Made by a program: the position numbers and the translations under genes. A model generated the notes under the pieces. The model made no database searches. It worked only from the letters and a program-made list of their open reading frames with translations, and had not been told where the DNA came from. A stretch of 64,000 bases of DNA from Amphiscolops sp. MND2022 (taxonomy: Eukaryota), in the NCBI GenBank assembly GCA_964187785.1, contig OZ076413.1, positions 46,626,001 through 46,690,000 of the forward strand. The letters run 5' to 3'. Below are positions 63,616 through 64,000 of this stretch, one piece after another. Each line of letters starts with the position of its first letter. The first letter of the stretch is position 1.

Positions 63616-63963
63616 GGGCCGTAGTTTGTCGTCCTCGGCAAACGAAAGGATGCTAATACCCAGAGGGTGATAGCAATGCTGAGATTTTTTCTTTTTTTTG
63701 AACATCCTAGGAAGGTTTTGTTTTTTCCTTACTTGCTTTCTTTCAATCTCCAAATTTTTCTTTTGTTATTTCCTTATATTAGTATCAATTGGTCTTAACG
63801 AGAACTAAAAATATTCACTGGACAAAACTAAAATTTATGATTGACAATCTCAAAATTTGTAAGCAATTTCGCAAACTCAGATTAAAATTTTTTTTCTAGA
63901 AAGTGCTCTAGCACTTCTCCAGGTAACAAAATTCAAGTCTTGGTAACAATGGTTAATTACCGA

Positions 63964-64000
63964 ACTAGAGAGGGTGGGCACTGGCTCAGGGCCCACCCAT
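63964..64000 (-). mobile_element. Helitron-type 3' terminus (element continues beyond the window)
   Basis: Minus strand GGGTGGGC-11nt-GCCCACCC hairpin followed by TCTCTAG|T. Confidence 0.55.

Overview
This is AT-rich, repeat-dense animal (probably invertebrate) genomic DNA; the species cannot be established from the window. There is no intact long ORF. The only recognisable host-gene signal is a minus-strand Cys-loop ligand-gated ion channel (GABA-A/glycine/GluCl-type). It has one convincing 68-nt exon (29853-29920) and two phase-compatible candidate upstream exons (44280-44354, 57589-57670) spaced 13-14 kb apart, so most of the window is probably intron. The rest is mostly mobile DNA. There are at least three unrelated families of non-autonomous Helentron/DINE-like rolling-circle elements (about 15 copies or fragments) sharing one terminal architecture, several carrying a tRNA-derived Pol III A/B-box module. 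Also present: CCC...GGG MITEs with 2-bp TSDs, a 5'-truncated CR1/L2-type LINE nested in a Helentron, an integrase-less Ty3/Gypsy element with both LTRs, two LTRs of a second family, older LINE/Penelope-like debris, three ~90-130-bp palindromes, an ~830-bp tandem duplication and simple repeats. All calls were made by eye without database searches, and the ends of degraded elements are approximate.
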